Shown here piece by piece: positions 1 through 9,226 of a DNA stretch of 50,946 nucleotides; position 1 is the stretch's first letter, and every line of letters starts with the position of its first letter. The position numbers were made by a program, and so were the translations under genes. Source of the stretch: Clostridiales bacterium (GTDB lineage: Bacteria; Bacillota; Clostridia; Christensenellales; UBA1242). The notes beneath the pieces are model-generated. The model did no database searches. It was not told where the DNA came from and saw nothing but the letters and a program-made list of their open reading frames with translations. The stretch covers positions 62,001-112,946 of the forward strand of contig SVIS01000003.1 in assembly GCA_015069385.1 (NCBI GenBank), given 5' to 3'.

Positions 1-30
1 GATACTTAAGAAAATTAAGGAGAAAAAATC

Positions 31-858
31 ATGAACTTTTTTGAAAAAATAGTCACATTTTTACAAACAAGAATGCCGGTTCCAACTCCATATGGTTGGT
101 TTCACCTTTTAAGTTTTGCCGTTGTAATTGGCGTTAGTGTTCTTTTGGCAATTAAATTAAGACACTCTGACAACAAAACTATTAAAAGATTTTTGCTTAT
201 TGTAAGCATTACTTTAATTGTACTTGAAATATATAAACAAATTGTATTTTGCTACAATGCCCAGTCAGATACATGGACATATCAATGGTATATTTTCCCA
301 TTTCAATTTTGTTCATCTCCTATGTATGTATGCTTACTTGCTGCACTTGTTAAAAAAGGTAATTTTCAAGACTATTTATATTCTTTCTTAGGCACATTTG
401 CACTTTTAGCAGGCGCTTTAATAATGTTTGTGCCAACCGATGTTTTTATGAGTTTTATTGGCGTAAACATTCAAACAATGGTGCATCACGGCGCTATGAT
501 TGTTGTAGGTGTTGTTCTTCTTGTAAATGGAGCATGCAAAACCAACCTTAAAACCATGCTTAAAGCTTCAGCAGTTTTTGGCGTTTTAGTTTTTATTGCC
601 CTTGCAATCGATTGCTCTTATATTTGGCTTGGCGGAACGGCAACTTGTAATATGTTTTTCATTAGCCCATACTTTAATACTTCTCTTCCTGTGTTTAGTT
701 CAATTCAACCAAATGTACCATATTTTGTATTCTTGCTTTTATATATCTTTGCTTTCTGCCTTGCCGCCTTTTTGGTGCTTGGCACAGCAATGCTTATTAA
801 AAAACTTGCATCAAAAAGAAAGGCTGCATCAAACAATTTAGATACAGCCAATAATTAA
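31..858 (+). CDS. Multi-pass integral membrane protein (about 7 predicted TM helices), function unknown
   Basis: 275-aa ORF preceded by the RBS 'aaggagaaaaaa'. Hydrophobic segments recur throughout. No catalytic motif recognised. Confidence 0.45.
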   Translation: MNFFEKIVTFLQTRMPVPTPYGWFHLLSFAVVIGVSVLLAIKLRHSDNKTIKRFLLIVSITLIVLEIYKQIVFCYNAQSDTWTYQWYIFPFQFCSSPMYVCLLAALVKKGNFQDYLYSFLGTFALLAGALIMFVPTDVFMSFIGVNIQTMVHHGAMIVVGVVLLVNGACKTNLKTMLKASAVFGVLVFIALAIDCSYIWLGGTATCNMFFISPYFNTSLPVFSSIQPNVPYFVFLLLYIFAFCLAAFLVLGTAMLIKKLASKRKAASNNLDTANN

Positions 859-890
859 AAAATATAATTTAATAATTAAGTTTAACATGG

Positions 891-1949
891 TTAATTAAAA
901 TCAATATTCCTTGTATAAAAGGTTGATTTTCGTTCACCATGTTTTATTATTTGCTTTTGGTTTAAAAGTTGTTTTAATGCACGCTCCACCGATACTTCAC
1001 TAATGCTTGGGCAAAGTTGCAATATATCTTTTTTCGTAAACTTTGCATACATAGTTTTAACAGCTTTTTCAACCTGCTTTGTGGCAGAAAGTTTGTTTTC
1101 ACCTACAACCTTAATTCTTTCTTCAAGCTCTCTATATGCCCTTAAAATAATTCGCAGCATATATTTAATAAACCAACTTACATTGTTCTCGTTCGCATTC
1201 CAACCAATTGAGCTTTGTTGCAGTGCATCATAATATTCAGTTTTTGTTTCTTCAATAAGTTTTTCTAAAGAAATATACTTACCAATAAAATAATCAAATT
1301 TATATAAAAGCAAAGTTGTAAGTAAACGGCTCATTCTTCCATTACCATCGTTAAATGGATGTATGCAAAGAAAATCTAATATAAATATTGGAATTAAAAT
1401 TAACGGGTCAACACTTGCCTTGCTTGCCACAATGTTAAACTCTTCACATAATCTTTCAACCGCCTCTGGGGTTTCATATGGCTCTAGTGGCATAAAACGA
1501 ACAAAACTTGTTCCATCTGCCCGTTGCTCAGATATATAGTTTTGTGAATTTTTAAACTTACCACCAATGGCTTTTTCAGAATATTTATATAAATCTTTAT
1601 GCAACTGCAAAATGTATGAACTTTTAATTGGAATATAACTAAAACTTTCATGAATTGTGTTTAAAACATCTCTGTAACCAAAAATTTCTTTTTCATCTCT
1701 GTTTTTAGGAGTTGTTTTATTTTCGCAAAGTTGTTTAATTCTTACACTGGTTGTAATAATACCTTCAATTTTATTTGAAGCCTCTGTGCTTTGAATTTTT
1801 GCAATTTCCACCAATTTATTAAATTTAAACTTGCTTATTCCATTTAGGTTGTTTTGTCTGCCCTTATATTCATGAATTTGAGCAACTAGCCCTAAAATTT
1901 CACTATCGTAAACCTTTTCAATATATTGACTATAATTAAAAATTTTCAT
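891..1949 (-). CDS. Fic/DOC family protein (class II Fic AMPylase with N-terminal auto-inhibitory helix and C-terminal winged-helix-like extension)
   Basis: Canonical Fic motif HPFxxGNGR ('IHPFNDGNGRMSRLL'). N-terminal inhibitory motif (S/T)xxxE(G/N) present as 'SNKIEG'. RBS 'aaggaag' upstream. Confidence 0.85.
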   Translation of the reverse strand: MKIFNYSQYIEKVYDSEILGLVAQIHEYKGRQNNLNGISKFKFNKLVEIAKIQSTEASNKIEGIITTSVRIKQLCENKTTPKNRDEKEIFGYRDVLNTIHESFSYIPIKSSYILQLHKDLYKYSEKAIGGKFKNSQNYISEQRADGTSFVRFMPLEPYETPEAVERLCEEFNIVASKASVDPLILIPIFILDFLCIHPFNDGNGRMSRLLTTLLLYKFDYFIGKYISLEKLIEETKTEYYDALQQSSIGWNANENNVSWFIKYMLRIILRAYRELEERIKVVGENKLSATKQVEKAVKTMYAKFTKKDILQLCPSISEVSVERALKQLLNQKQIIKHGERKSTFYTRNIDFN

Positions 1950-1960
1950 TCCAACTTCCT

Positions 1961-2049
1961 TTTATTGCATCATTTTATATTATTTGATGCAATAAATCAA
2001 GCATTTTTCCATTTTATTGCATCATTTTATATTATTTGATGCAATAAAT
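1961..2049. repeat. Two direct copies of a 37-bp element (1961-1997 and 2013-2049), each a perfect 12-bp-arm inverted repeat TTTATTGCATCA-N13-TGATGCAATAAA, immediately upstream of fic
   Basis: Read directly. Both copies are identical and the arms are perfectly complementary. The N13 spacer contains the -10-like TATAAAAT. A degenerate half-site 'ttattgatgc' follows at about 2053-2062. Confidence 0.8.
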
Positions 2050-2063
2050 TTTTTATTGATGCT

Positions 2064-2621
2064 TTAAATATCTGCAAACACCAAAATATATTCAGCCAAT
2101 TTGCAATATGGCTTTTTGCTCTTTTTGGCATAACTAATACTTTGCTTGGTGGAATCTTTTGGCATACATTCTTCTATTTTTAGTCTTTTTGCCGGCACAT
2201 AATTTTTATCATAATAAAACACACAATAATTACTATTATCTATCATTGCCCTATTGCGCCTTATACTTCCAGCCATACCATATGTCCAAGTTTTTTCTTT
2301 AAACCTTTCTTCACAACCAAGTTTAGTAATATCATAATTAAAATATTTTAAAAAGTCTTTTTTAAATTCTGTAATTTCATTTTCTAAATAAGCGCACTCA
2401 TATTTACAACAATAAACAACTCTTGTTAAATATGTATATTTTTGTTTTAACTCATAAACAATTTCATGACACAAATAATTAAACTCACCCTCACCATCAA
2501 AAATAAAAGTGGTGATATTTTTATTAACAATTAAATCTTCAATAAATGCTTTTAAACTATTTTTTAAAATAAAATTTGCCTTTATTCGATTATGACCTAT
2601 AAAGCAACAGGTTTTGTCCAT
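2064..2621 (-). CDS. Hypothetical protein, possible SLOG / DUF1273 (YpsA-like) family
   Basis: 185-aa ORF with RBS 'gaggga'. N-terminus 'CCFIGHNRI...FIFDGEGEFNYLCHEIVYELKQKY...YDKN' loosely resembles the Rossmann-like SLOG/YpsA pattern. The assignment is from memory only. Confidence 0.35.
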   Translation of the reverse strand: MDKTCCFIGHNRIKANFILKNSLKAFIEDLIVNKNITTFIFDGEGEFNYLCHEIVYELKQKYTYLTRVVYCCKYECAYLENEITEFKKDFLKYFNYDITKLGCEERFKEKTWTYGMAGSIRRNRAMIDNSNYCVFYYDKNYVPAKRLKIEECMPKDSTKQSISYAKKSKKPYCKLAEYILVFADI

Positions 2622-2760
2622 ATTATATCCCTCATTCGTAATTATTATGCATAAATATTACATAATACGGCAATAATATTACCATATTTCGAAAATTAAA
2701 TCAAATAATAAACGAAAATCGTAATATATCATAAGAAGATGCATTGTTAAGATATTTAAT

Positions 2761-3075
2761 ATGGAAGAATTAAATTTATCATACAAACAAATAATCAATC
2801 GAATAGGTTATTTTAGAAATTTACGAAAAATATCGGCATATAAACTTGGACAAGAATTAGGTCATTCTAAAACCTACTTTTATCGTATTGAAAGTGGAGA
2901 AATAAAATTAACTTTAGAAATGCTTTTAGAGGTATTAGAAATTTTACAAGTTACTACTTCAGAATTTTTCTCTCCAATATTAAAAGATGAAGATAAACAA
3001 GTTTTGGAAATGTTAGCAAACTTGTCAAATGAGAATAAACAAACCATTTTAGACTTAATGAAAAAATTAAAATAA
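2761..3075 (+). CDS. XRE-family helix-turn-helix transcriptional regulator
   Basis: 104 aa with an HTH_3-like segment 'YKLGQELGHSKTYFYRIESGE'. Divergent from the SLOG-like gene. Confidence 0.7.
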   Translation: MEELNLSYKQIINRIGYFRNLRKISAYKLGQELGHSKTYFYRIESGEIKLTLEMLLEVLEILQVTTSEFFSPILKDEDKQVLEMLANLSNENKQTILDLMKKLK

Positions 3076-3099
3076 TCTTTTAAAAATATCATTGACAAA

Positions 3100-3345
3100 A
3101 TATTTTTTGAGTTTTACAATACTTCCATATTGTAAAAATAGTTAAAGACAAGTAGTGCTATTACAATTCGCACAGAGAAGGGTTGGTTGGTGAAAAACCT
3201 AAGATAGTTTTAGTATGAAACCACTTTATGCATCTATTTTTAGTAATATTTAAAGAGTGGAAAGTTTTAAACTTTCAAAAAAGGTGGAACCGCGGTTTTT
3301 AAAATCGTCCTTTGTTTTATGGCAAGGGCGGTTTTTTTGTTTACC
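3100..3345 (+). promoter_or_regulatory. T-box riboswitch leader upstream of thrS
   Basis: The conserved T-box core 'AAGGTGGAACCGCGG' lies at 3281-3295. It is followed by a GC-rich hairpin and U-run ('ggcaagggcggtttttttgtttaccctgccc') overlapping the annotated ORF start. The position upstream of an aminoacyl-tRNA synthetase gene fits. A Thr codon ACC occurs in a candidate specifier region near 3200. Confidence 0.6.
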
Positions 3346-3387
3346 CTGCCCTTTTCAATAATTAAGGAATTAAAAGGAGAATTTAAA

Positions 3388-5136
3388 ATGGAACAAAATG
3401 AAAAACAAGAAAAAATGCAAATGTGCCGTCATAGCCTTTCGCATGTGCTTGCAAAAGCAATCAAAAATTTATATGGTAATGAAAATGTAAAACTTGCAAT
3501 TGGTCCTGCAATTGACAATGGTTTTTATTACGATTTTGACATGCCAAGCATAACTGCCGACAAATATGACGAAATTGAAAAAGAAATGAAAAAAATTCTA
3601 AATGCCAACGAGCCATTTAGAAGAGAAGAATTATCTAGAGAACAAGCCTTAGAATTATTTAAAAATGAGCCTTATAAGGTAGAACTTATTAACGACTTGC
3701 CAGACGAAGAAACAATTTCTGTTTACTATTTAGGTGACAACTTTGTTGACCTTTGCCGTGGCCCTCATGTTGAAAACACTTCTAAATTGCAATCATATGC
3801 TTATAAAATAAACAGAGTTAGTGGCGCTTACTGGAAAGGTAGCGAAAAAAACAAAATGCTTCAAAGAGTATATGTTTATGCCTTCCCTGACAAAAAACAA
3901 TTAACTGAATATATTAACCAAATAGAAGAAGCAAAAAAACGTGACCACAGAAAGTTGGGCAAAGAATTAGATTTATTCTTCTTTGATGAAACTGCTCCGG
4001 GCATGGCTTACTGGCTACCAAAAGGCTTTACAATGATGAACACTTTAATCGACTTTTGGCGCAAAGAGCACAAAACAAGAGATTATCTTGAGTTCTCTGC
4101 TCCACAATTAAACAGCAGTGTATTATGGAAAACATCAGGTCACTGGGACCATTACAAAGAAGACATGTTTGTTTTGACTGACGTTGATGGCAACGAGCAA
4201 GCGCTAAAGCCTATGAACTGCCCTAACAGTATTAAAATTTATCAAAGCAAAATGCGCAGTTATAAAGACTTACCTCTTCGTTTAAACGATATTGATGTTA
4301 TTCACAGAAACGAAAAATCTGGTCAATTAAATGGTTTGTTTAGAGTTAGAATGTTCCGTCAAGATGACGCACACAACTTTATTCGCCGTGACCAAATTGG
4401 CTCAGAAATTAAAAGCATTATAGATTTAATCAACAAACTTTATGGCGTTTTTGATTTACCACATATTTTAACATTATCTACAAGACCAGAAGATTTTATG
4501 GGTGAAATAGAAACTTGGAACGAAGCCGAAAAAGAGTTAAAAGCAGTTTTAAACGACCTATGTGGCGAAAATAACTACAGAATTAACGAAGGCGATGGTG
4601 CTTTTTATGGTCCAAAAATTGACATTAAAATGAAAGACTGTTTAGGTCGTGAATGGCAAATGGGCACAATTCAGTTAGACTTCCAATTGCCAGAGCGCTT
4701 TGATTTAACTTATGTAGACAGCAACGGCGAAAAAGCCCGCCCTATTATGATTCACAGAGCAATATTTGGCTCATTTGAACGTTTTATTGGCATTATTACT
4801 GAACACTTTGCAGGTGCCTTCCCACTATGGCTTGCCCCTGTACAAGTAAGAGTTATGAACATTTCAGAAAACAGTGCTGACTATGCACAAGAAATTTTTG
4901 CAAAACTAAACGAAAAAGGTTTTAGAGCAGAAATTGATATAAGAAACGAAAAAATTGGTTACAAAATTCGTGAATGTGTAGGTCAAAAAATACCATACAT
5001 GATTATTGTTGGCGATGGCGAAAAAGAAAACGGAACTATATCTATTCGTGGAAGAGGAAATGAAAATCAATCCGGCTTATTATTAGATGACTTTATTGCA
5101 AGGCTACAAGAAGAAATTAAAACTTTTAAAAAATAG
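3388..5136 (+). CDS. thrS: Threonyl-tRNA synthetase (short form lacking the N-terminal TGS domain)
   Basis: Class II aaRS motifs and ThrS-specific segments are present ('FRVRMFRQDDAHNF', 'GPKIDIKMKDCLGREWQMGTIQLDF'), plus an anticodon-binding C-terminus. The true start is taken as the ATG at 3388 after the RBS 'aaaaggag'. The track ORF start at 3319 lies inside the T-box terminator. Confidence 0.9.
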   Translation: MEQNEKQEKMQMCRHSLSHVLAKAIKNLYGNENVKLAIGPAIDNGFYYDFDMPSITADKYDEIEKEMKKILNANEPFRREELSREQALELFKNEPYKVELINDLPDEETISVYYLGDNFVDLCRGPHVENTSKLQSYAYKINRVSGAYWKGSEKNKMLQRVYVYAFPDKKQLTEYINQIEEAKKRDHRKLGKELDLFFFDETAPGMAYWLPKGFTMMNTLIDFWRKEHKTRDYLEFSAPQLNSSVLWKTSGHWDHYKEDMFVLTDVDGNEQALKPMNCPNSIKIYQSKMRSYKDLPLRLNDIDVIHRNEKSGQLNGLFRVRMFRQDDAHNFIRRDQIGSEIKSIIDLINKLYGVFDLPHILTLSTRPEDFMGEIETWNEAEKELKAVLNDLCGENNYRINEGDGAFYGPKIDIKMKDCLGREWQMGTIQLDFQLPERFDLTYVDSNGEKARPIMIHRAIFGSFERFIGIITEHFAGAFPLWLAPVQVRVMNISENSADYAQEIFAKLNEKGFRAEIDIRNEKIGYKIRECVGQKIPYMIIVGDGEKENGTISIRGRGNENQSGLLLDDFIARLQEEIKTFKK

Positions 5137-5144
5137 GAGAACCT

Positions 5145-5672
5145 ATGAAAGTTGTTATTGCAACTAAAAATGCAGGCAAAATTGAGGGCGCTAAAAACGC
5201 ACTACTTAGATATTTTGATAATGTAGAAATACAAGGAATACCAGCCCCATCAGACGTTAGCGAACAACCTGTAAATTTAGAAACCTATCAAGGTGCAAAA
5301 AACAGAGTTAAAAACTTAAAAAAATATTGCAAAGAAAACAATATTTCTGCCGACCTATATTTAGCCGTTGAAAGCGGAATTACAAATTCCCTTGGCCAGT
5401 GGGCAATTGCAAACATTGCCGTTATTGAAGACAATGATAATTTTCAAAGTTTTGGTGTAGGACCTTGTTTCCCAGTACCAGAAAAATATATAAAAGAAAT
5501 TATTGAAACTGACCTTTGCCAAGTTATGAATAAAATATTTGGCGAGGTGGAAAACCGAAAAGTTTATGGCGGCATTCAACTATTAACCCACAACCAAATA
5601 TCTAGAGTTTATTTAAATGAACTTGCCTTTACAATGGCACTAACAAAATACATTAACAAAGAATGGAATTAA
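5145..5672 (+). CDS. Non-canonical purine NTP phosphatase (inosine/xanthosine triphosphatase, YjjX/DUF84 family)
   Basis: 175 aa. The N-terminus 'MKVVIATKNAGKIEGAKNALLRYF' matches the YjjX pattern. The start is 8 bp after the thrS stop. Confidence 0.6.
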   Translation: MKVVIATKNAGKIEGAKNALLRYFDNVEIQGIPAPSDVSEQPVNLETYQGAKNRVKNLKKYCKENNISADLYLAVESGITNSLGQWAIANIAVIEDNDNFQSFGVGPCFPVPEKYIKEIIETDLCQVMNKIFGEVENRKVYGGIQLLTHNQISRVYLNELAFTMALTKYINKEWN

Positions 5673-5673
5673 C

Positions 5674-5706
5674 AAAAACCACCAGTTTTAAACTGGTGGT
5701 TTTATT
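5674..5706. terminator. Bidirectional rho-independent terminator between the ITPase gene and pncB
   Basis: Hairpin 'aaaaaccaccagttt taa aactggtggttttt' flanked by A and T runs. Confidence 0.65.
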
Positions 5707-5747
5707 TAACAATATTGCCTTATAGCATTTTGTTTTTATAATTAATC

Positions 5748-7196
5748 TTATTTTTCTATTTGACCACCTGCGTGCTCAAGTAAATCTTTTTTAGTTTGAC
5801 TAAGTTTATCTGACAAATTAATTGTGTAAGTATGTGGGTTTGTAAGTCTTAATGCCTCTGGCCAAAGAGTTGCAAGATTTTTCTTAACGTTCTCTCTTGT
5901 TTCTTCTATTGTAGGAAGATTATAAATTAATTTTCCGTTTTCAATCATTTGTACTTTTAAATCTACAACCTCGTAATCTTTAACTTCTTTTTTTGTCCAT
6001 GGATTATCTGGATGAGTTAAAATTTGCTTGCCTCGTGGCGCTTTTTCATTAAAGATTGTTAAAATATCGGTAATAAACTTTCCGTTATTTTTGTCATATA
6101 ATCTATAAATTTTTTTGAAGTGTGGATTTGTAACTTTTTCTACATTATCTGAAATTTTAATTTTTGGAATAAGCTTGCCATCTTTTTCAATTGCAACAAG
6201 TTTATATACACCACCAAACACTGGGTTGGACTTTGCGGTAATTAAGTTTTCGCCAACGCCAAAACTATCAATAGGTGCATTTTGAAGGAGTAAACTTTGA
6301 ATAACATATTCATCTAAACTATTAGATACACATATTTTAGTATCTTCAAGTCCTGCTTCATCTAGCATTTTTCTTGCTTCTTTTGTAAGATAAGCAAGGT
6401 CACCACTATCAATTCTTATACCCTTTAATTTTTTACCCATTGGTTTTAAAACTTCATTATGAACTTTAATTGCATTTGGCAAACCGCTTTGAAGTGTGTT
6501 GTAAGTATCAACAAGAAGTGTGCAAGAATCTGGAAAACTTTGTGCGTAGGCTTTAAATGCATCATACTCGGTATCAAAACTTTGAACAAAACTATGAGCC
6601 ATTGTGCCAAGAATAGGCACACCATATTTTTTGCCAGTAATTGTACAAGCAGTGCCAACTGCACCTGCAATATATGCATCAAGTGCGCCATCAACTGCAG
6701 CCTCAAAGCCTTGAGCCCTACGTGTTCCAAACTCCATAACTGCCCTGCCATTTGCTGCCCTAACAATTCTGTTTGTTTTAGTTGCAATAAGGCTTGCCCT
6801 ATTAAAGTATAACAAAAGTGCAGTTTCTACAAGTTGGGCCTCTAAGAGTGGTGCTTTAACAGTTATAACTGGCTCATTAGGAAAAACCACCGTGCCATCT
6901 TCAACTGCCCAAACGTCGCCTGTAAATTTAATATTTTTTAAACGTTCAATATATTCATTACTAAATAAATTTAGGCTTTTTAAATAATCAATATCGCTTT
7001 CTGAAAAGTGGAAATTGGTTAAATACTCCATGCATTTTTTAACGCCGTTTGCAATTACAAAACTACCACTATCTGGCACTTTTCTAAAGAACAAATCGAA
7101 GTATGCCATTGTATTATCTACCTTTTTGTTAAAGTAGCCTTGTCCCATTGTAAGTTCATAAAAGTCTATTAATAAATTTTTTGATTCTGTATTCAT
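5748..7196 (-). CDS. pncB: Nicotinate phosphoribosyltransferase
   Basis: 482 aa with the typical NAPRTase N-terminus 'LLIDFYELTMGQGYF' and length. Confidence 0.85.
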   Translation of the reverse strand: MNTESKNLLIDFYELTMGQGYFNKKVDNTMAYFDLFFRKVPDSGSFVIANGVKKCMEYLTNFHFSESDIDYLKSLNLFSNEYIERLKNIKFTGDVWAVEDGTVVFPNEPVITVKAPLLEAQLVETALLLYFNRASLIATKTNRIVRAANGRAVMEFGTRRAQGFEAAVDGALDAYIAGAVGTACTITGKKYGVPILGTMAHSFVQSFDTEYDAFKAYAQSFPDSCTLLVDTYNTLQSGLPNAIKVHNEVLKPMGKKLKGIRIDSGDLAYLTKEARKMLDEAGLEDTKICVSNSLDEYVIQSLLLQNAPIDSFGVGENLITAKSNPVFGGVYKLVAIEKDGKLIPKIKISDNVEKVTNPHFKKIYRLYDKNNGKFITDILTIFNEKAPRGKQILTHPDNPWTKKEVKDYEVVDLKVQMIENGKLIYNLPTIEETRENVKKNLATLWPEALRLTNPHTYTINLSDKLSQTKKDLLEHAGGQIEK

Positions 7197-7207
7197 AATT
7201 TTTCTCC

Positions 7208-7726
7208 TTATTTATTTAAATCTTGGTTTTTAAAATATTCTCTTGCATCTGGAATTAAATAAGCATAATATTCTTGCATATTATTTCTGAGGTTTGTAGA
7301 ATGAACAGGAATTTTTTCCCTATCTATTGCTAAAAATTCATATTCTGGGAAATACTCCTCATTATATGCCCTATAGCCCTCATCGGCAATTTTTACATTA
7401 ACAAACGGAAATTGCTTTTTAAATTTTGCTGCCCAAATGTCTCTATCCTGTGGGTAAGGCTTTAGGTTCGTTTCATCAAAAATTGCAACTTTTACCTTTT
7501 TATTATTTTGATAATGCTTTTCAAACCAATGTTTTATAAGCAAAGCATCTAAATTTTCAAAGCCAGTACCATTTTTAATTTGATTATTTCTAATTTCATT
7601 TTTGGAAATTATTATCCAAACCTCATCTAAAATATTTGAAGCGTAGTCAATAACTGACAAATGTCCCAAATGTGGTGGGTAAAATTTTCCAACAAAAGCA
7701 CCTATTTTTTTATTTTGTTTTTTCAT
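7208..7726 (-). CDS. Nicotinamide/nicotinate-nucleotide adenylyltransferase (NadM-like cytidylyltransferase fold)
   Basis: (H/T)xGH nucleotidyltransferase motif 'GKFYPPHLGHLSVI'. 172 aa. Placed in an NAD-salvage operon. Confidence 0.6.
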   Translation of the reverse strand: MKKQNKKIGAFVGKFYPPHLGHLSVIDYASNILDEVWIIISKNEIRNNQIKNGTGFENLDALLIKHWFEKHYQNNKKVKVAIFDETNLKPYPQDRDIWAAKFKKQFPFVNVKIADEGYRAYNEEYFPEYEFLAIDREKIPVHSTNLRNNMQEYYAYLIPDAREYFKNQDLNK

Positions 7727-8303
7727 ATTTTTCTAACCTTTTTTTATATACAAAAGCTTTTAACTGCAATAAACTTTGTAAACCAAATTTTTCAGCATCT
7801 AGCATTTTTTGTAGAGTATCAAAATCTACAATCTTTAATTTTATGTCTTCCGTGCTCTCTAATTTTTGTGGTTTAAAATTTCCAACTTCTGCCTCAAAGC
7901 AAGCAATGCTTTCATCTGTCATGCCTGCACTTGAATAACTTGGCTTAAACACCTCGGTAAGTTTTACCACATCTGCACCAATTTCTTCTTTTAACTCTCT
8001 TGCTGCTGCTTGCCTTAGCGTTTCGCCGTCATCTACTAGTCCTGCCGGAACTCCATAAATATAATCGTTTATAGCGTACCTAAACTCTTTAATAAGCACT
8101 ACATACATTTTTCCATTTAAATTAAAGTATGGTAAAATTCTAACGGCATCAACTACATTTTCGCCCTTACAAGAAAGCGTATTTAAATTTCTTCTTGATG
8201 CAACAAAGTATTTAAAAGGTTTACCATCTATGCTGTACTCTAACTCAAACATATTTAAATATTTGTTATTGGTTAATTGATTAACCTTTATTAATTTTTT
8301 CAT
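7710..8303 (-). CDS. NUDIX hydrolase, probable ADP-ribose pyrophosphatase
   Basis: Nudix box 'GVPAGLVDDGETLRQAAARELKEEIG'. Overlaps nadM by 17 bp, which suggests translational coupling. Confidence 0.7.
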   Translation of the reverse strand: MKKLIKVNQLTNNKYLNMFELEYSIDGKPFKYFVASRRNLNTLSCKGENVVDAVRILPYFNLNGKMYVVLIKEFRYAINDYIYGVPAGLVDDGETLRQAAARELKEEIGADVVKLTEVFKPSYSSAGMTDESIACFEAEVGNFKPQKLESTEDIKLKIVDFDTLQKMLDAEKFGLQSLLQLKAFVYKKRLEKYEKTK

Positions 8304-9196
8304 ACTCTCTCCGAATTTTTATTTTGTTTATTGTTTTTTACTTGTTTTTCTACTTTTTTAAATATTTTGTCAATTTGGCTATCGGCGTATACTTGTGCCA
8401 AAGTTGTAAACTTTTTACTTCCAACAATTGTATTAGCCAGTTCAATAATTTTTTTATCGTAACTATAAACATTATTTGTATACCAAACTCGCTCTTCTGG
8501 GTAGTTTAAAAGTTCAGTAAGTTCATTGCCATAATGCTGTGCTACAACTTTATCTCTTTTTTTTATTGCACTAAACAATGCTTTTTCTAATTGCTGGGTA
8601 TTTTCAGCATTTTTTTTAGTTTCACCAAATCTAACATTTTCTGTTTTTAAAATTTTTGCACCATTTGTATACATTTCGTATAGGGCTTTGTTATGCTCTA
8701 AATTTGCATTGTGTGTTTTACCATCAAAGGTTGCACAAGCATCGGCTACTACTCTAATTATTAGTTTTTTATTGTGCTTTTTTGCATACTCTAAATAACT
8801 ATTAACAAAGTTTTTAACGCATATATCTGTGCAACAACCTACAACGGTTACTTCCTCTATGTCATAGTTTTCAACTAATTTTCCAAAGGTATATGTTACA
8901 AAGCCGTTTGTTGTGTCTTTTTCTATATCAAAAGCAAAATCTTTTTGGTAAGGCTTAAGTTCATCAATTAATTCGCTTTCATAACTTCCTTTTAAACAGT
9001 GCTCAGGAAATACCTCAAATTCTGAGTCGTTTTTACTATGGCAGTCTCTAAAATTTATAATTGGAACGTTTTCCTTTTTTGCCTCTTTTATTAACTTTAT
9101 TATATTAGGTGTAATTTGATTTATTTTTGGATCTGCAAGCGCCCCTTGCTTAACAAACCCGTTTATCATATCTATTATTACTAAAATTTTTTTCAT
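8300..9196 (-). CDS. pncA: Nicotinamidase / isochorismatase-family hydrolase with C-terminal extension
   Basis: Isochorismatase fold with a catalytic Cys context 'VTVVGCCTDICV' and an N-terminal 'ILVIIDMINGF'. The start is taken at the ATG at 9196 with the RBS 'aaggag'. The track extension to 9271 would run into the operator region. Confidence 0.65.
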   Translation of the reverse strand: MKKILVIIDMINGFVKQGALADPKINQITPNIIKLIKEAKKENVPIINFRDCHSKNDSEFEVFPEHCLKGSYESELIDELKPYQKDFAFDIEKDTTNGFVTYTFGKLVENYDIEEVTVVGCCTDICVKNFVNSYLEYAKKHNKKLIIRVVADACATFDGKTHNANLEHNKALYEMYTNGAKILKTENVRFGETKKNAENTQQLEKALFSAIKKRDKVVAQHYGNELTELLNYPEERVWYTNNVYSYDKKIIELANTIVGSKKFTTLAQVYADSQIDKIFKKVEKQVKNNKQNKNSERV

Positions 9197-9226
9197 GTAT
9201 TTATCTCCTTTTTTATTATATGTTTT

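Noticed and set aside
596-841. Various short overlapping or antisense ORFs in the track (e.g. 596-841, 1003-1233, 6446-6812, 13066-13950, 28395-28667, 43514-43999)
   Set aside because: Each is embedded in or antisense to a well-supported gene, has no RBS and has low-complexity composition. They are considered non-coding.
3319-3387. Upstream 23-codon extension of thrS in the ORF track (MARAVFLFTLPFSIIKELKGEFK)
   Set aside because: It overlaps the T-box terminator hairpin and has no RBS. The ATG at 3388 has a strong 'aaaaggag' RBS.
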